Of a stretch of DNA of 64,000 nt, positions 43,101 to 55,289 are shown one piece after another. The stretch lies in contig NIVC01000717.1 of assembly GCA_002269645.1 (NCBI GenBank), forward strand, positions 124,001 through 188,000. The letters are read 5' to 3'. A program made the translations under genes and the position numbers. Source of the DNA: Macrostomum lignano. Lineage: Eukaryota. Within the stretch, counting starts at the first letter, position 1, and each line of letters opens with the position of its first letter. The notes beneath the pieces were generated by a model that saw only the letters and a program-made list of their open reading frames with translations, searched no databases and was not told where the DNA came from.

Positions 43101-46026
43101 AAAGGGGTGAGATTTCTGTAAAAGGGGTGAGATTTCTGTGGAAAGGGGTGAGATTTCTGTAAAAGGTGTGAGATTTCTGTAAAAGGTGTGAGATTTCTGT
43201 AAAAGGTGTGAGATTTCTGTTAAAGGGGTAAGATTTGTGTGAATAAGTGTTAGATTTCTGTTAAAGGGGTGACATTTCTGTGCAAAGGGTTGAGATTTCT
43301 GTGAAAGGGGTGAGATTTCTGTGAAAGGGGTGAGATTTCTGTGCAAAGGATTGAGATTTCTGTGAAAGGGGTGAGATTTCTGTGAAAGGGGTGAGATTTC
43401 TGTGAGAGGACAACGCATCAATCATCACCAAATCTGGCACAGGTGCCGGGTCGCGAGTCGCTCCCCCTGCAGGAGCTGATCCCCTACAGCCGGACGGACG
43501 AGGCTGGCGACATGAGAGTCATCGATGACTCCATTGCTGAGTCTATTGCCGCCCGAGATCGGGTGTTCGGTCCGCCCCGAGCCTACCTGCAAACCTCCGT
43601 GTGGCAGACCCGGCGACTTGTGCCGCCGCTGACCGGCTCCCAGCTCGAGCAGTCCACAGCACGTCGTCTGGCTGCCGGGGATCGGGAAGTTCGACAATTC
43701 TGCATCGAATGCCGGTTGAAGCCGGCCGACTCTCAGGCGCCGATGTTGGCGAGAGCTTCTCGACAGCAGCAGCATCAGCATGATGCTCAGCTACCAGCCC
43801 TTCATAGCGGGACTGCAGGCTCTTCGAGTCAATCGTCGACTATTGTCGGTCATTCGTTTTCGTCCACGTCAGCTGGATCGGCGGCGGCGGCGTCAGCAGC
43901 TGATCAACAGTCGATGTCTCACAGAGAGTCGCAACAGCAGCAGCAGCAGCTGATGTCGCAACAGCAGGTTGGTGCCTTATTAATTGAGGAACTGTCCGAG
44001 TTGTTTTATCATGTAGATCTCTTCAATACCTTCCATAGGGAGCTCCCAGTCTGGGAATTTCCCTAGATACATAAGAAGCTCCCAATGTGGGAATTCCCCT
44101 AGTTACTTAGGGAGCTCCCAGTTTGGGAATTACCCTAGTTACTTAGGGAGCTCCTAGTGTGGAAATTCCCCTAGTTACTTAGGGTGTTCCTAGTTTGGGA
44201 ATTTCCCTAGTTACTTAGGGAGCTCCCAGTGTGGGAATTCCCCTAGTTACTTAGGGAGCTCCGAGTTGGGGAATTACCCTAGTTATTTAGGGAGCTCCCA
44301 GTGTGGGAAATTCCCCTAGTTACTTAGGGAGTTCCCAGTGTGGGAAATTCCCCTAGTTATTTAGGGAGCTACCAGTGTGGGAATTCCCCTAGTTACTTAG
44401 GGAGCTCCTGGTGTGGGAATTCCCCTAGTTACTTAGGGAGTACCCACTTTGAAAATAACCTCAGTTACATAGGAAGCTCTTAGTGAAGGAATTCCTATAG
44501 ATACAAACGGAGCTCCCAATTAGAGAAGTTTCTAGTTACATATAGAGCTCCCAGTTTGGTATTCCCCAGGTATTTAGGGTTACTAAGATTACTAAGATAG
44601 TAATTCTCAGTAGTTAAGAAGACAGTCTACAAATGCGATCTCTTTGATCGTACTCTAGTAAGAGATGAAGTTTGGAGTAGGGAATTCCCTTTGTAGTATA
44701 ATTGTTGCTTAAAATAGTCTCCATTTCCTTCATAATTATCATTAAACGTACGCCCGTTATACAACCGCACCATTTCAGCAGCCGTTAAGTCAGGCCCTCC
44801 CTGTCGAGTCCACGGTGCCCGCTGCGGTGGAGTCCGCAACCTTCAATCGCCTAACCGCTCGCGCTCTGTACGACACGGATGTTGAGACTGGCGGCAGCGG
44901 CGAAGATGTTGACAGAGTGTACGCTCAGCTAGAAGCAGCTGGGGACGACTCCAGCGACGATAGAACTACGGAGTCTGAGTACTCTGACTGGCTGGAGGAT
45001 GAGGTGAGCTTTGCGGTCCTTTTTCTGCGGGATATTTCATTTTCAGGGATTCCCCATTTGCAGATAGTATGAGGGAATTCCCATTTAATGTAGCTAATCT
45101 AAGGAAATTCCCATTTGGTGTAGATAATGTAAGGGAATTCCCATTTGGTGTAGATAATCTAAGGGAATTCCCATTTGGTGTAGATAATGTAAGGGAATTC
45201 CCATTTGGTGTAGATAATCTAAGGGAATTCCCATTTGGTGTAGATAATGTAAGGGAATTCCCATTTGGTGTAGATAATCTAAGGGAATTCCCATTTGGTG
45301 TAGATAATCTAAGGGAATTCCCATTTGGTGTAGATAATGTAAGGGAATTCCCATTTGGTGTAGATAATGTAAGGGAATTCCCATTTGGTGTAGATAATGT
45401 AAGGGAATTCCCATTTGGTGTAGATAATATAAGGGAATTCCCATTTGGTGTAGATAATGTAAGGGAATTCCCATTTGATGTAGATAATGTACGGGAATTC
45501 CCATTTGGTGTGGATAATGTACGGGAATTGCTGACCCACACGCATCCGCAGGGCGCCGGCAGGATGGCCATGCCTAAACGGGTGCAACGTCGAAAAGTTC
45601 GTCGACCAGCGGCAGTCGCTGCCGCGGCCGCTGCGGCTGCTGCTGCTGCAGCTTCAACATCTCAGGCAGGCAGGGAGTCTTCATCGTCCGATGGTTCGAG
45701 CGATTCTGGCAGCTCAGATGATGAAGAAGAGTCTGAGACGACGACTAGTTCGAATTCAGATGATTCTGACGAATCGGAATCAGCTGGAGAGGCAAAGGTT
45801 GGTGAAAAGTGACAATATGTGAAGCTTAGTTGTTGTATCCAAATTTCTCCGTTCTAAATTCCTTTGTTGATTAGTTATACAAGAAGTAATTAGCTAGCTA
45901 TTTAGTTAGTTAGTTCGTTAGATAATTACTCAGTCAGTTAGTTAGTTTTTTGTTAGTAAGTTAGCTACTTAGTTAGTTAGTTAGTTAGTCAGTCAGTTAG
46001 TTAGTTAGTTAGTTAGTTAGTCAGTC

Positions 46027-46061
<35 letters not shown>

Positions 46062-46322
46062 CAGTTAGTTAGTTAGTTAGTCAGTTAGTCAGTCAGTCAG
46101 TTAGTTAGTCAGTCAGTTAGTCAGTCAGTTAGTCAGTTAGTCAGTCAGTTAGTTAGTTAGTCAGTCAGTTAGTTAGTTAGTTAGTCAGTTAGTCAGTCAG
46201 TTAGTCAGTCAGTTAGTTAGTTAGTTAGTCAGTTAGTTAGTTAGTTAGTTAGTTAGTCAGTCAGTTAGTTAGTTAGTTAGTCAGTTAGTTAGTCAGTTAG
46301 TTAGTTAGTTAGTTAGTTAGTC

Positions 46323-46353
<31 letters not shown>

Positions 46354-46732
46354 CAGTTAGTTAGTCAGTCAGTTAGTCAGTTAGTTAGTCAGTTAGTCAG
46401 TCAGTCAGTTAGTTAGTTAGTTAGCTAGTCAGTCAGTTAGTTAGTTAGTTAGTCAGTTAGTTAGTTAGTTAGTTAGTCAGTCAGTTAGTTAGTTAGTTAG
46501 TTAGTCAGTCAGTTAGTCAGTTAGTTAATTAGTTAGTTAATTAGTTAGTTAGTTAGTTAGTTAGTCAGTTAGTCAGTCAGTTAGTCAGTTAGTTAATTAG
46601 TTAGTTAGTTAGTTAGTTAGTCAGTTAGTCAGTTAGTTAGTTAGTTAGTCAGTTAGTCAGTCAGTTAGTTAGTTAGTTAGTTAGTTAGTCAGTCAGTTAG
46701 TCAGTTAGTCAGTCAGTTAGTTAGTTAGTTAG

Positions 46733-46785
<53 letters not shown>

Positions 46786-46810
46786 CAGTTAGTTAGTTAG
46801 TTAGTTAGTG

Positions 46811-46841
<31 letters not shown>

Positions 46842-46895
46842 CAGTTAGTTAGTTAGTCAGTTGGTTGGTTAGTTAGTTAGTTAGTTAGTCAGTTG

Positions 46896-46933
<38 letters not shown>

Positions 46934-46934
46934 C

Positions 46935-46993
<59 letters not shown>

Positions 46994-47047
46994 CAGTTAG
47001 TTAGTTAGTCAGTTGGTTAGTTAGTCAGTTAGTTAGTTAGTCAGTTG

Positions 47048-47109
<62 letters not shown>

Positions 47110-47163
47110 CAGTTAGTTAGTTAGTCAGTTGGTTAGTTAGTTAGTTAGTTAGTTAGTCAGTTG

Positions 47164-47213
<50 letters not shown>

Positions 47214-47214
47214 C

Positions 47215-47261
<47 letters not shown>

Positions 47262-47319
47262 CAGTTAGTTAGTTAGTTAGTCAGTTGGTTAGTTAGTCAG
47301 TTAGTTAGTTAGTCAGTTG

Positions 47320-47389
<70 letters not shown>

Positions 47390-50300
47390 CAGTTAGTTAG
47401 TTAGTCAGTTGGTTAGTTAGTCAGTTAGTTAGTTAGTCAGTTGGTTAGTTAGTTAGTTAGTTAGTTAGTTAGTCAGTTAGTTAGTTAGTTAGTTAGTCAG
47501 TTAGTTGCTTAGCTTTTTTAGCGAATCGAAATGTCAAAAAAGGTTTTATTTACTATTAAGCTACTTCTGAGTAGCATAAGCGAATTGTAATTTTAATTAA
47601 AAAATCGTTGATTCAATCGCTCTCTCGCCTTCTCGCCCTGTTTGCAGTCGCCGGTCGTCGCCAACTCGCCCTCGCCCAGACGCCGTGGCCGCCCGCCAAA
47701 GCAGTCCAAGCGTTCAATATTAGCCAATTCTATTAATAACAATCGTTCCAGTAGCAAGGCAACGTCAATGCCGGCAACTTCAAAGGCTACAACATCGAAA
47801 CCGACTCGGTCGTCGTCTCGTCGTCCCGCGGTCAGAGCAGACGCCGACGCCGCCCCGTCATCGTCTATGGCCGGTCCTTCCTATCAGTATCACCAGCAGC
47901 TGCAGCATCAAAGTCGTCGTAAACTGAAGCTGTCTGACGACTACCGGCCGCCCGAATGGCTGACCTCTACGCTGCCCAGGCACAGTCCCTACGTGCCGCA
48001 GATTGGCGACGAGATTGTGTACTTTAGGCAGGGCCATCAGCAGTACATTGATAGCGTCCAGGTGAGAATATGTGTTTACGTGTCGAAGGTTGTCGATAGC
48101 AGGTAAATATAAGCATATATGATTGCTAGATGAGGGTTATTTAAAGATAAAATAGATGCATAGAATGTTCTAGAAACGTTTGAATGGAGATGGGTGATAT
48201 AGTTAATTCTGGGATAGAGTTGGATGGGATAGAGTTGGATGGGATAGGGGTTGATGGGATAGATTTGGATGGGTTAGAGATGGATGGGATAGGGGTTGAT
48301 GGGATAGAGATGGATGGGATAGGGGTTAATGGGATAGAGATAGATGGGATAGGGGTTGATGGGAAAGAGATGGATGGGATAGAGATGGATGGGATAGAGA
48401 TGGATGGGATAGGGGTTGATGGGATAGAGATGGATGGGATATAGGTTGATGGGATAGAGATGGATGGGATAGAGATGGATGGGATAGAGATGGATGGGAT
48501 AGAGATGGATGGGATAGAGATGGATGGGATAGAGATGGATGGGATAGAGTTGGATGAGATAGAGATGGATGGGATAGAGATGGATGGGATAGAGTTGGAT
48601 GGGATAGAGTTGGATGGGATAGAAATGTATCAGATGGAGATGGATTAGATGGTAGATAGAGTTAATAGAGATAAATGGGATAGAGATCGATGCGATATAG
48701 GTAGAGAGAACGAGTGGTTTAGCATGGATTCAGGCGAAGGTTGCTAGGTAACTATCGGTTAAAAAATACATTAATATAAATTCGCAACCAACACGTCAGT
48801 CAAACCGTCATAAATCATACAAAAATTTTCTGTCAGGCTATCGATGCCTACAAAGTTGACCGCGAACTGCCCTGGCTACGAATGCCCGACTTGTCGCCAC
48901 ACGAGCAAATGAAAGTGTCCGGTATGAAGCCTTTGTTAACAAAATCGCCTCGCTTAGTACAAATGACCCTGGCATTTGCTGACGGCTCTCGAGGCAAATT
49001 TCAATTACGCTTTCACGACATGGACAACGTGCTGGATTTTATGGTCCTGCGTCAGACTTACGATCGAGCGTTGGAGCGGAACTGGCAGGTTGGAGATCGA
49101 TTTCGGGCCATTATCGACGACTATTGGTGGTCGGGAACCATTGTGGGCATAGCGGCTCACGATGCAGCGTTCCCGGAATCTCATTGGCTCAGCGTTCGAG
49201 CTAAATGGGATAACGATGGCAGTGAGGAGAACTTGAGTCTGTGGGATCTGCATCCGCTAAATGTTGGAGAGGATGGGTGAGTAGTTCTCTATGGCCCCAT
49301 ATGATCCTCTTATGAACGTCTGTCTATGACCCACTTATGAGCATCTGTCTATGACCTTATGAGCGTCTGTCTATGACCCACTTATTAGTGTTTGTCTATG
49401 ATCCACTCACGTCTGTCTATGACCCACTTATGAGCGTTTGTCTATAATCCACTGATTCCACTCATTAGCGTTTGTCTATGACCCACTTATGAGCATCTGT
49501 CTATGACCCGCTTATGATCGTTTGTCTATAATCCACTCATTAGCGTCTGTCTATGACCCACTTATGAGCGTCTGTCTATGACCCACTTATGAGCATCTGT
49601 CTATGACCTTATGAGCGTCTGTCTATGACCCGCTTATGAGCGTCTGTCTATGACCTTCTTATGAGCGTCTATCTATGACCTTCTTATGAGCGTGTTTCTA
49701 TGACCCACTTATAAGCGTCTATGACCCTCTTATGGACCTCTGTCAATGACCTTAGGATACTTCGAGTAATAATAAAAGTACAAACAACAATAATGCCAAC
49801 AATGAATTTCCAGCTCGGAAGCGGAAGCCGCCGAGAACCGACCCGTCACCGCCGCGGAATTCGCCAGCCTCCAGTACACCCCATGTCCGCGCGAATGGCC
49901 TCACCCCGACGGTCGACCAGCCGATTGTGCCAGACTAGCCGCCGCCCTCGACTACCTAATCGACCTGCCCGTATTCGCTGAGTTCGCCAAGCCAGTAGAC
50001 TTGGAACTGTATCCAACCTATGGATTTATGATTGCCTATCCAATCGATTTGAGCACCATCCGGAGCCGCCTAAGGAACATGTACTATCGTCGGCTATTGT
50101 CTGTGCAATACGATGTTCGATTTCTAGCTAACAATGCCGAGTACTTTAATGAGGCCGACACCGTGATTGTTAGGCGAGCCCGGCTGCTCACCGATCTGCT
50201 GTTGGAGTTTATTAGCAAGACCGACTGCTCGGATATTGGCCAGCTCCATCGAGAGATGCTGGATAGCCTGGATGAGGAGCATCGCAACGGATTGCATTTG

Positions 50301-50533
50301 AGCGAGTTTGAAGACGATGAGGAAGAGGAACCGCCGGATGCTGAGGGTGGCAGCGGCGACGGTAGCGAAGGTGACGCTTCGATTGAGAGCGAAGGCGATT
50401 CGGCCTCGGCTGATGAGGACGAGGAGGATGAGGCTGCGGAGGCTGTGCCCAGGAAGCGGAAGAGAATTTCCAGCGATGCAGATGTGAGTGGCGGTTTGAT
50501 AGATTGCCTGTCTGTCTGTCTGTCTGTCTGTCA

Positions 50534-50597
<64 letters not shown>

Positions 50598-50640
50598 GTC
50601 TGTGTGTCTGTCTGCCTGTCTGTCTGTCTATCTGTTTGTG

Positions 50641-50685
<45 letters not shown>

Positions 50686-52840
50686 GTCTGTGTGTCTGTC
50701 TGCCTGTCTGTCTGTCTATCTGTCTGTGTGTCTGTCTGTCTGTCTGTGTGTCTGTCTGTCTGTCTGTCTGTCTGGCTATGTCTGGCGCTGGGTCAGGCAG
50801 ATAGGATGGACCCAAACCTGCCAATATTTCTTATCCTTTAATATTTCCACTGCTCAGGTTGCCGCCGGTCAGCCTCATCAGGAGAAGCAGCAGCCGGACG
50901 CCGATCCCGAAGCTTCATCATCGCTCCCAGCGGATGGGCCGCCCCTGTGGACCCGGTTGTGCTACCGGGTGCTGGCCAAGCTCACCCAGCGAGACGAGTC
51001 CCTGCCCTTCCAGCAGCCAGTGGATCTGGAAGCTTATCCAGACTATTTAGACGTGGTCTCCGATCCCATAGATTTAAGCACAGCCCGGCAACGCCTTAGC
51101 AACGGTTGCTACGCAAGTCCGTTGGATTTTTTCCGCGATCTACAGAGAATGTTTAGCAACTCTCGGGCCTACAATACTGTGCCAACTTCGAGAATTTATC
51201 AGATGACGCTGAGCCTGCAACGGGAATTTGAACGACTAATGAGCGGCGCTTTGAAACGATGGCGCCGATTGCGAGCGCGCGGTCTCGACGGCTCGGCTGG
51301 CGCCGCTGCTGCCGCCGCCTCCACAGGTGGTGCATCTGGTGCCAGATGTAGACCAACCAGGCGTCAGCAGCCGCAGCAGCAGCAGAGAAGCTCTAGAATT
51401 AGAGAACGGAAACGAAAACAGGCGTCAGTTGAGTCGGTTGCAGCTCCGACGGTTGGCAAACGAAATCTTCAGCGGGATCGGCAGCAGCAACAGCAGCAAC
51501 AGCAGCAGCAGAATTTGCGAAAGAAAGCCACTGCGGCACCGAATCGAGGCAGATCGGCTGCGGCTTCCTCGTCGTCCTCGGCTGGATTGGGAAGCGGCGG
51601 CGGCGGACTCAGGAAGCGAGTTGCCCAGGTGGGATTTTATTGTTTTTCTTTCCTGCGTCTAATTTCCTATATAAGAGTCCAATAATCCCCATTACCAAGT
51701 CCCATGATCCCAATTCCCAGTCCCATGATCCCATTTCTCAATCCCATGATCCCATTTCTCAATCCCATGATCCCACTTCCCAATCCCATGATCCCACTTC
51801 CCAATCCCATGATCCCATTTCTCAATCCCATGATCCCATTTCTCAATCCCATGATCCCATTTCCCAATCCCATGATCCCATTTCTCAATCCCATGATCCC
51901 ATTTCTCAATCTCATGATCCCATTTCCCAATCCCATGATCCCATTTCCCAATCCCATGATCCCATTTCTCAATCTCATGATCCCATTTCCCAATCCCATG
52001 ATCCCATTTCCCAATCCCATGATCCCATTTCCCAGTCCCACAATTCAACTTCCCAATCCCATGATCCCATTTCCCAATCCCATGATCCCATTTCTCAATC
52101 CCATGATCCCATTTCTCAATCCCATGATCCCATTTCCCAATCCCATGATCCCATTTCCCAGTCCCACAATTCAACTTCCCAATCCCATGATCTCTTCACT
52201 AATCAACCAAACCCAGTGTAAGACTCACCTGCTCATCAAAAAATCTATCCAGGTGAACTACTGCGAATCAGACGACGACGATGATGATTCGGACGAAGAC
52301 CACGACGCTGAAAACGACATGGACAGCGCCGGGGACCGCTGCAACCACGGCACCGACAATGACAACTCAAACAACTCCAACATGGACAGCTCAGTTGACC
52401 GAAAGCATCATCCGCGTACCAGACGTCGTGTACAGCTTCAAGAGCGTCGTCGACTTCGACGCCAGCGGCATCAGGTGGCGGTGGCGGCGTCTACTCGGCC
52501 AAAACGACCTCGACGAGCTGTGATGGTGGACACCTCGGAGGATGAGCAGCTGCAGCAGCAGCCGGTTGCTCAGTTAGAAGACGAGGACAGTCAACAAGCC
52601 AGACGGAAGCGTCAACGACGCCAGTCTCCTGAACAGCAGCAGTCTGCCAGCGGTCGACCATTGCGTCGGCATCGACCAGATTATCGAGCCATGCTAGAAG
52701 GAGACGATGAAAATGTCGATGACAGCGACGAAGGCGCTTCTGAGATTCAGAATAATGCCGATACTAATGATGATGAAGCACCTGCCGAGGTTGATGCTGA
52801 AGGTAACGACGACTCGTCTGCGAAGTCTGATGAAGATTAA
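34160..52840 (+). CDS. BRWD3: BRWD3/PHIP-family WD40 + Tudor-like + 2 bromodomain protein; first exon not identified
   Basis: Phase-consistent exons: 34160-34218, 34330-34359, 34438-34497, 35778-35964, (36959-36982), 37896-38050, 38426-39093, 39777-39990, 41819-42118, 43443-43967, 44779-45003, 45552-45797, 47648-48061, 48837-49276, 49814-50483, 50858-51628, 52253-52840. Family motifs: [81 protein letters not shown]. Confidence 0.93.
34545..35620. repeat. 28-bp minisatellite (TTGGGATTTCCATGCTGTCATCCCATGA), BRWD intron
   Basis: Directly visible, highly homogeneous units. Confidence 0.95.
36045..36920. repeat. 32/35-bp minisatellite (ATAGATCCTAATCTATCCAAATCTAATCTCAT), BRWD intron
   Basis: Directly visible. 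Confidence 0.92.
37530..37790 (+). mobile_element. tRNA-derived SINE, family A, copy 2 (two internal deletions), BRWD intron
   Basis: GGGGGTTGTAGCCCAGTGGTTAGAGCG..GGTTCGATTCC head; body shared with the copies at 6156 and 54826. Confidence 0.85.
40070..41600. repeat. ~25-bp minisatellite (CCCCCTAAGAATCATCTGAATAATA), BRWD intron
   Basis: Directly visible. Confidence 0.93.
42119..43405. repeat. 20-23-bp GTGAGATTT-core minisatellite (two sub-arrays), BRWD intron
   Basis: GAGTGAGATTTCCGTGTGT units run to ~42770, then GGGGTGAGATTTCTGTGAAA units to ~43405. Confidence 0.92.
44035..44570. repeat. ~36-bp minisatellite (GGGAGCTCCCAGTGTGGGAATTCCCCTAGTTACTTA), BRWD intron
   Basis: Directly visible. Confidence 0.9.
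45070..45530. repeat. 30-bp minisatellite (AAGGGAATTCCCATTTGGTGTAGATAATGT), BRWD intron
   Basis: Directly visible. Confidence 0.93.
45900..47510. repeat. (GTTA)n/(GTCA)n tetranucleotide satellite, BRWD intron
   Basis: Directly visible. Confidence 0.97.
48195..48690. repeat. 15-bp minisatellite (GATGGGATAGAGATG), BRWD intron
   Basis: Directly visible. Confidence 0.92.
49300..49750. repeat. ~25-bp minisatellite (TGTCTATGACCCACTTATGAGCGTC), BRWD intron
   Basis: Directly visible. Confidence 0.88.
50507..50775. repeat. (TGTC)n microsatellite, BRWD intron
   Basis: Directly visible. Confidence 0.95.
51700..52195. repeat. 21-bp minisatellite (CCCATGATCCCATTTCTCAAT), last BRWD intron
   Basis: Directly visible. 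Confidence 0.93.
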
Positions 52841-53019
52841 TGATTCTAAATCTGATTATATCTCAATCTCACTAGCGCTGTGTGAGTCGTAGATTATGAA
52901 GACAAAATCGATTTGGTTATTATTTGAATTAAACTAGTCACAGATTGGTGACTTTAGCTTAGAGACGATCGATTTAGTGTACGTCGCTTCTAGAGTGTAC
53001 ATTGCAATTGCGATGCCAT

Positions 53020-53550
53020 TGGGAATGTACATTGCTGGCGTGAGAGGCAGTCGATAAGGAATGTACATTGGGAATGCACATTGCTGGCCTTAGAGGCGAT
53101 TGAAAAGCAATGTACAGTGGGGATGTACATTGCTGGCGAGAGAGGCAGTCGATCAGGAATGTACACTGGGAATGCACATTGCTGGCCTTAGAGGCGATCG
53201 ATACGCAATGTACAGTGGGGATGTACATTGCTGGCGTGAGAGGCAGTCGATAAGGAATGTACACTGGGAATGCACATTGCTGGCCTTAGAGGCGATCGAA
53301 AAGCAATGTACAGTGGGGATGTACATTGCTGGCGTGAGAGGCAGTCGATAAGGAATGTACATTGGGAATGCACATTGCTGGCCTTAGAGGCGATCGATAC
53401 GCAATGTACAGTGGGGATGTACATTGCTGGCGTGAGAGGCAGTCGATAAGGAATGTACATTGGGAATGCACATTGCTGGCCTTAGAGGCGATCGATACGC
53501 AATGTACAGTGAAGATGTACATTGCTGGCGTGAGAGGCAGTCGATAAGGA
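53020..53550. repeat. 98-bp higher-order repeat of ATGTACA-containing subunits, 3' of the BRWD stop
   Basis: The same motif recurs at 53123, 53221, 53319 and 53417. Confidence 0.9.
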
Positions 53551-54329
53551 ATAAGACACAATTTAGACTGTACCGTTAATATTATTTGCTAATACACGAA
53601 CTAAGATGTGCCTACAGTTGCTGCTGTGCTTATGTTTGCTGTGTGATCTATAAATTTGTTGCCGACAAAATGTGCACGGTTATTATTTGTATTGTTAATT
53701 ACAAGTGTAATGCAGTCATGAATACTAGCAGGAATTTGTAAAGAAACCAATAACTATTTTCATTAACTTGCAAGGTTTTATTTTCATAGCATATGTAACT
53801 TATGCTTTCTTGATAGTGTAAATGCTTTTCTTACTACTTATTAACAGTAGTATGCTGTGTCCGAATTCGGCTCTCTCTAGTATAAATAGTTGGCTTTTAT
53901 TTATTTCATTTTCCTATTGTTAGTGTAAGCGTTGGCAATTACCTTTTTTGTCTTTTCTGACTTTCCTTCTGTCATATTTGTACAGTGCCATATATTAACT
54001 AATTACGATTGTATGGCCATTGTTTCATCTTGTTTTAATCATTTTCTCTGTGCCAACTTGCTCTTTCCGGACTATGAATAATAAAAATTAGCAATATTTT
54101 AGCATCCCCAAATCATCCGTCTGTGGGTGTTATTTTTGTTTTAATAGTTTGAAAATGTGAACTAAAAATTAAAATTATATTAATATTCTGTTGGACTTGT
54201 ATATACGTGTATTCTAATAAATTATCCTCAGTAATCTTATTAATAATGCTTCTCTGTCTCTGCAACGCCTTAATTTATTATCGATTTTATTGTAGTATAC
54301 AAGACTAGATTTTTGTAGACCATAGCTTC

Positions 54330-54791
54330 GTATGTAGCACAGAAACTAGAATATCTAGATGGGCCACTCAGCACATTTGCATTTAAGCTACTTTTAGTTC
54401 AGTAGTAAGTTGAACAGGAGCATTTTAATGTATTTTAAAGCCAAGGCTCATTTATTGGCTCTTACCCCTCCCCAGCTTAAACCATCCGACCACCTTTCCA
54501 CACTACCTCCGCCCCGCCCCAATTTTTATTGCCTTTCTCGGAATTCCAGCCTAAAGCTGCCATGTACATTTCAGTGGACTGACTAATGTACATAATTGCT
54601 GAACCAATTAGCAAGTTGTTTACGCCTGCAAGATTGGGCTTCTAAGCTTATCAAAATCATTTCAGCTGCCTTGTTTTGATGAAATAGTTTACGTATTCTT
54701 CTTTGCTACTGAACTGAAAGTAGAAAGCTGTTTTACTAAGTATATATGCCTGAGTGGCCCATCTAGGTATTTTAGTATGTGTGGTATGTAC
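54330..54791. mobile_element. MITE-like element with long imperfect TIRs
   Basis: ctagatgggccactcag (~54355) versus ctgagtggcccatctag (~54750), and ctacttttagttcagtag versus ctactgaactgaaagtag. TSD not resolved. Confidence 0.65.
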
Positions 54792-54825
54792 TAATGCTAA
54801 TCAGTAGGGGGTAAGGGGCCCACTA

Positions 54826-55092
54826 GAGGGTTTGTAGCCTACTGGTTAGAGCGTCGGACTTACGACTTGAAGGTCGGGGGTTCGATTCCTGATCCCACTG
54901 GAACAATTTGTGTCCTTGAGCAAGACACCTAACTCTGCATTGCTTCAGTTCACCCAGCTGTAAAATGGATGCCAGCATTAGCTGGGGTAATTGAGGGTGT
55001 GTGGCGACCCCCCAGTCCTTGGACTGAACAGTTGTGGCTGAGCTGTCGGTTGCACATCTGCTCATTAGCGCAGGTGTAATCAATTATTATTA
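54826..55092 (+). mobile_element. tRNA-derived SINE, family A, copy 3
   Basis: Same head and CCTTGAGCAAGACACCT central block; ends in ATTATTATTA. Confidence 0.85.
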
Positions 55093-55289
55093 CGATTCAT
55101 TTTAGCTTCGTAGTTTGTATTTTCGCGTTCACTTTAGATTAACTCAAGCTTATCTCTAAAGAGTAATAATTATACTAATTGCTGTATTGGTATAATTAAA
55201 GTAATAAAAACAATTTATTTACAATAAATTACCTGTGATAAGAACACGCGCAATCTAATTATCTGTGCTTTTCTGTCAGCCGTCGTCTC

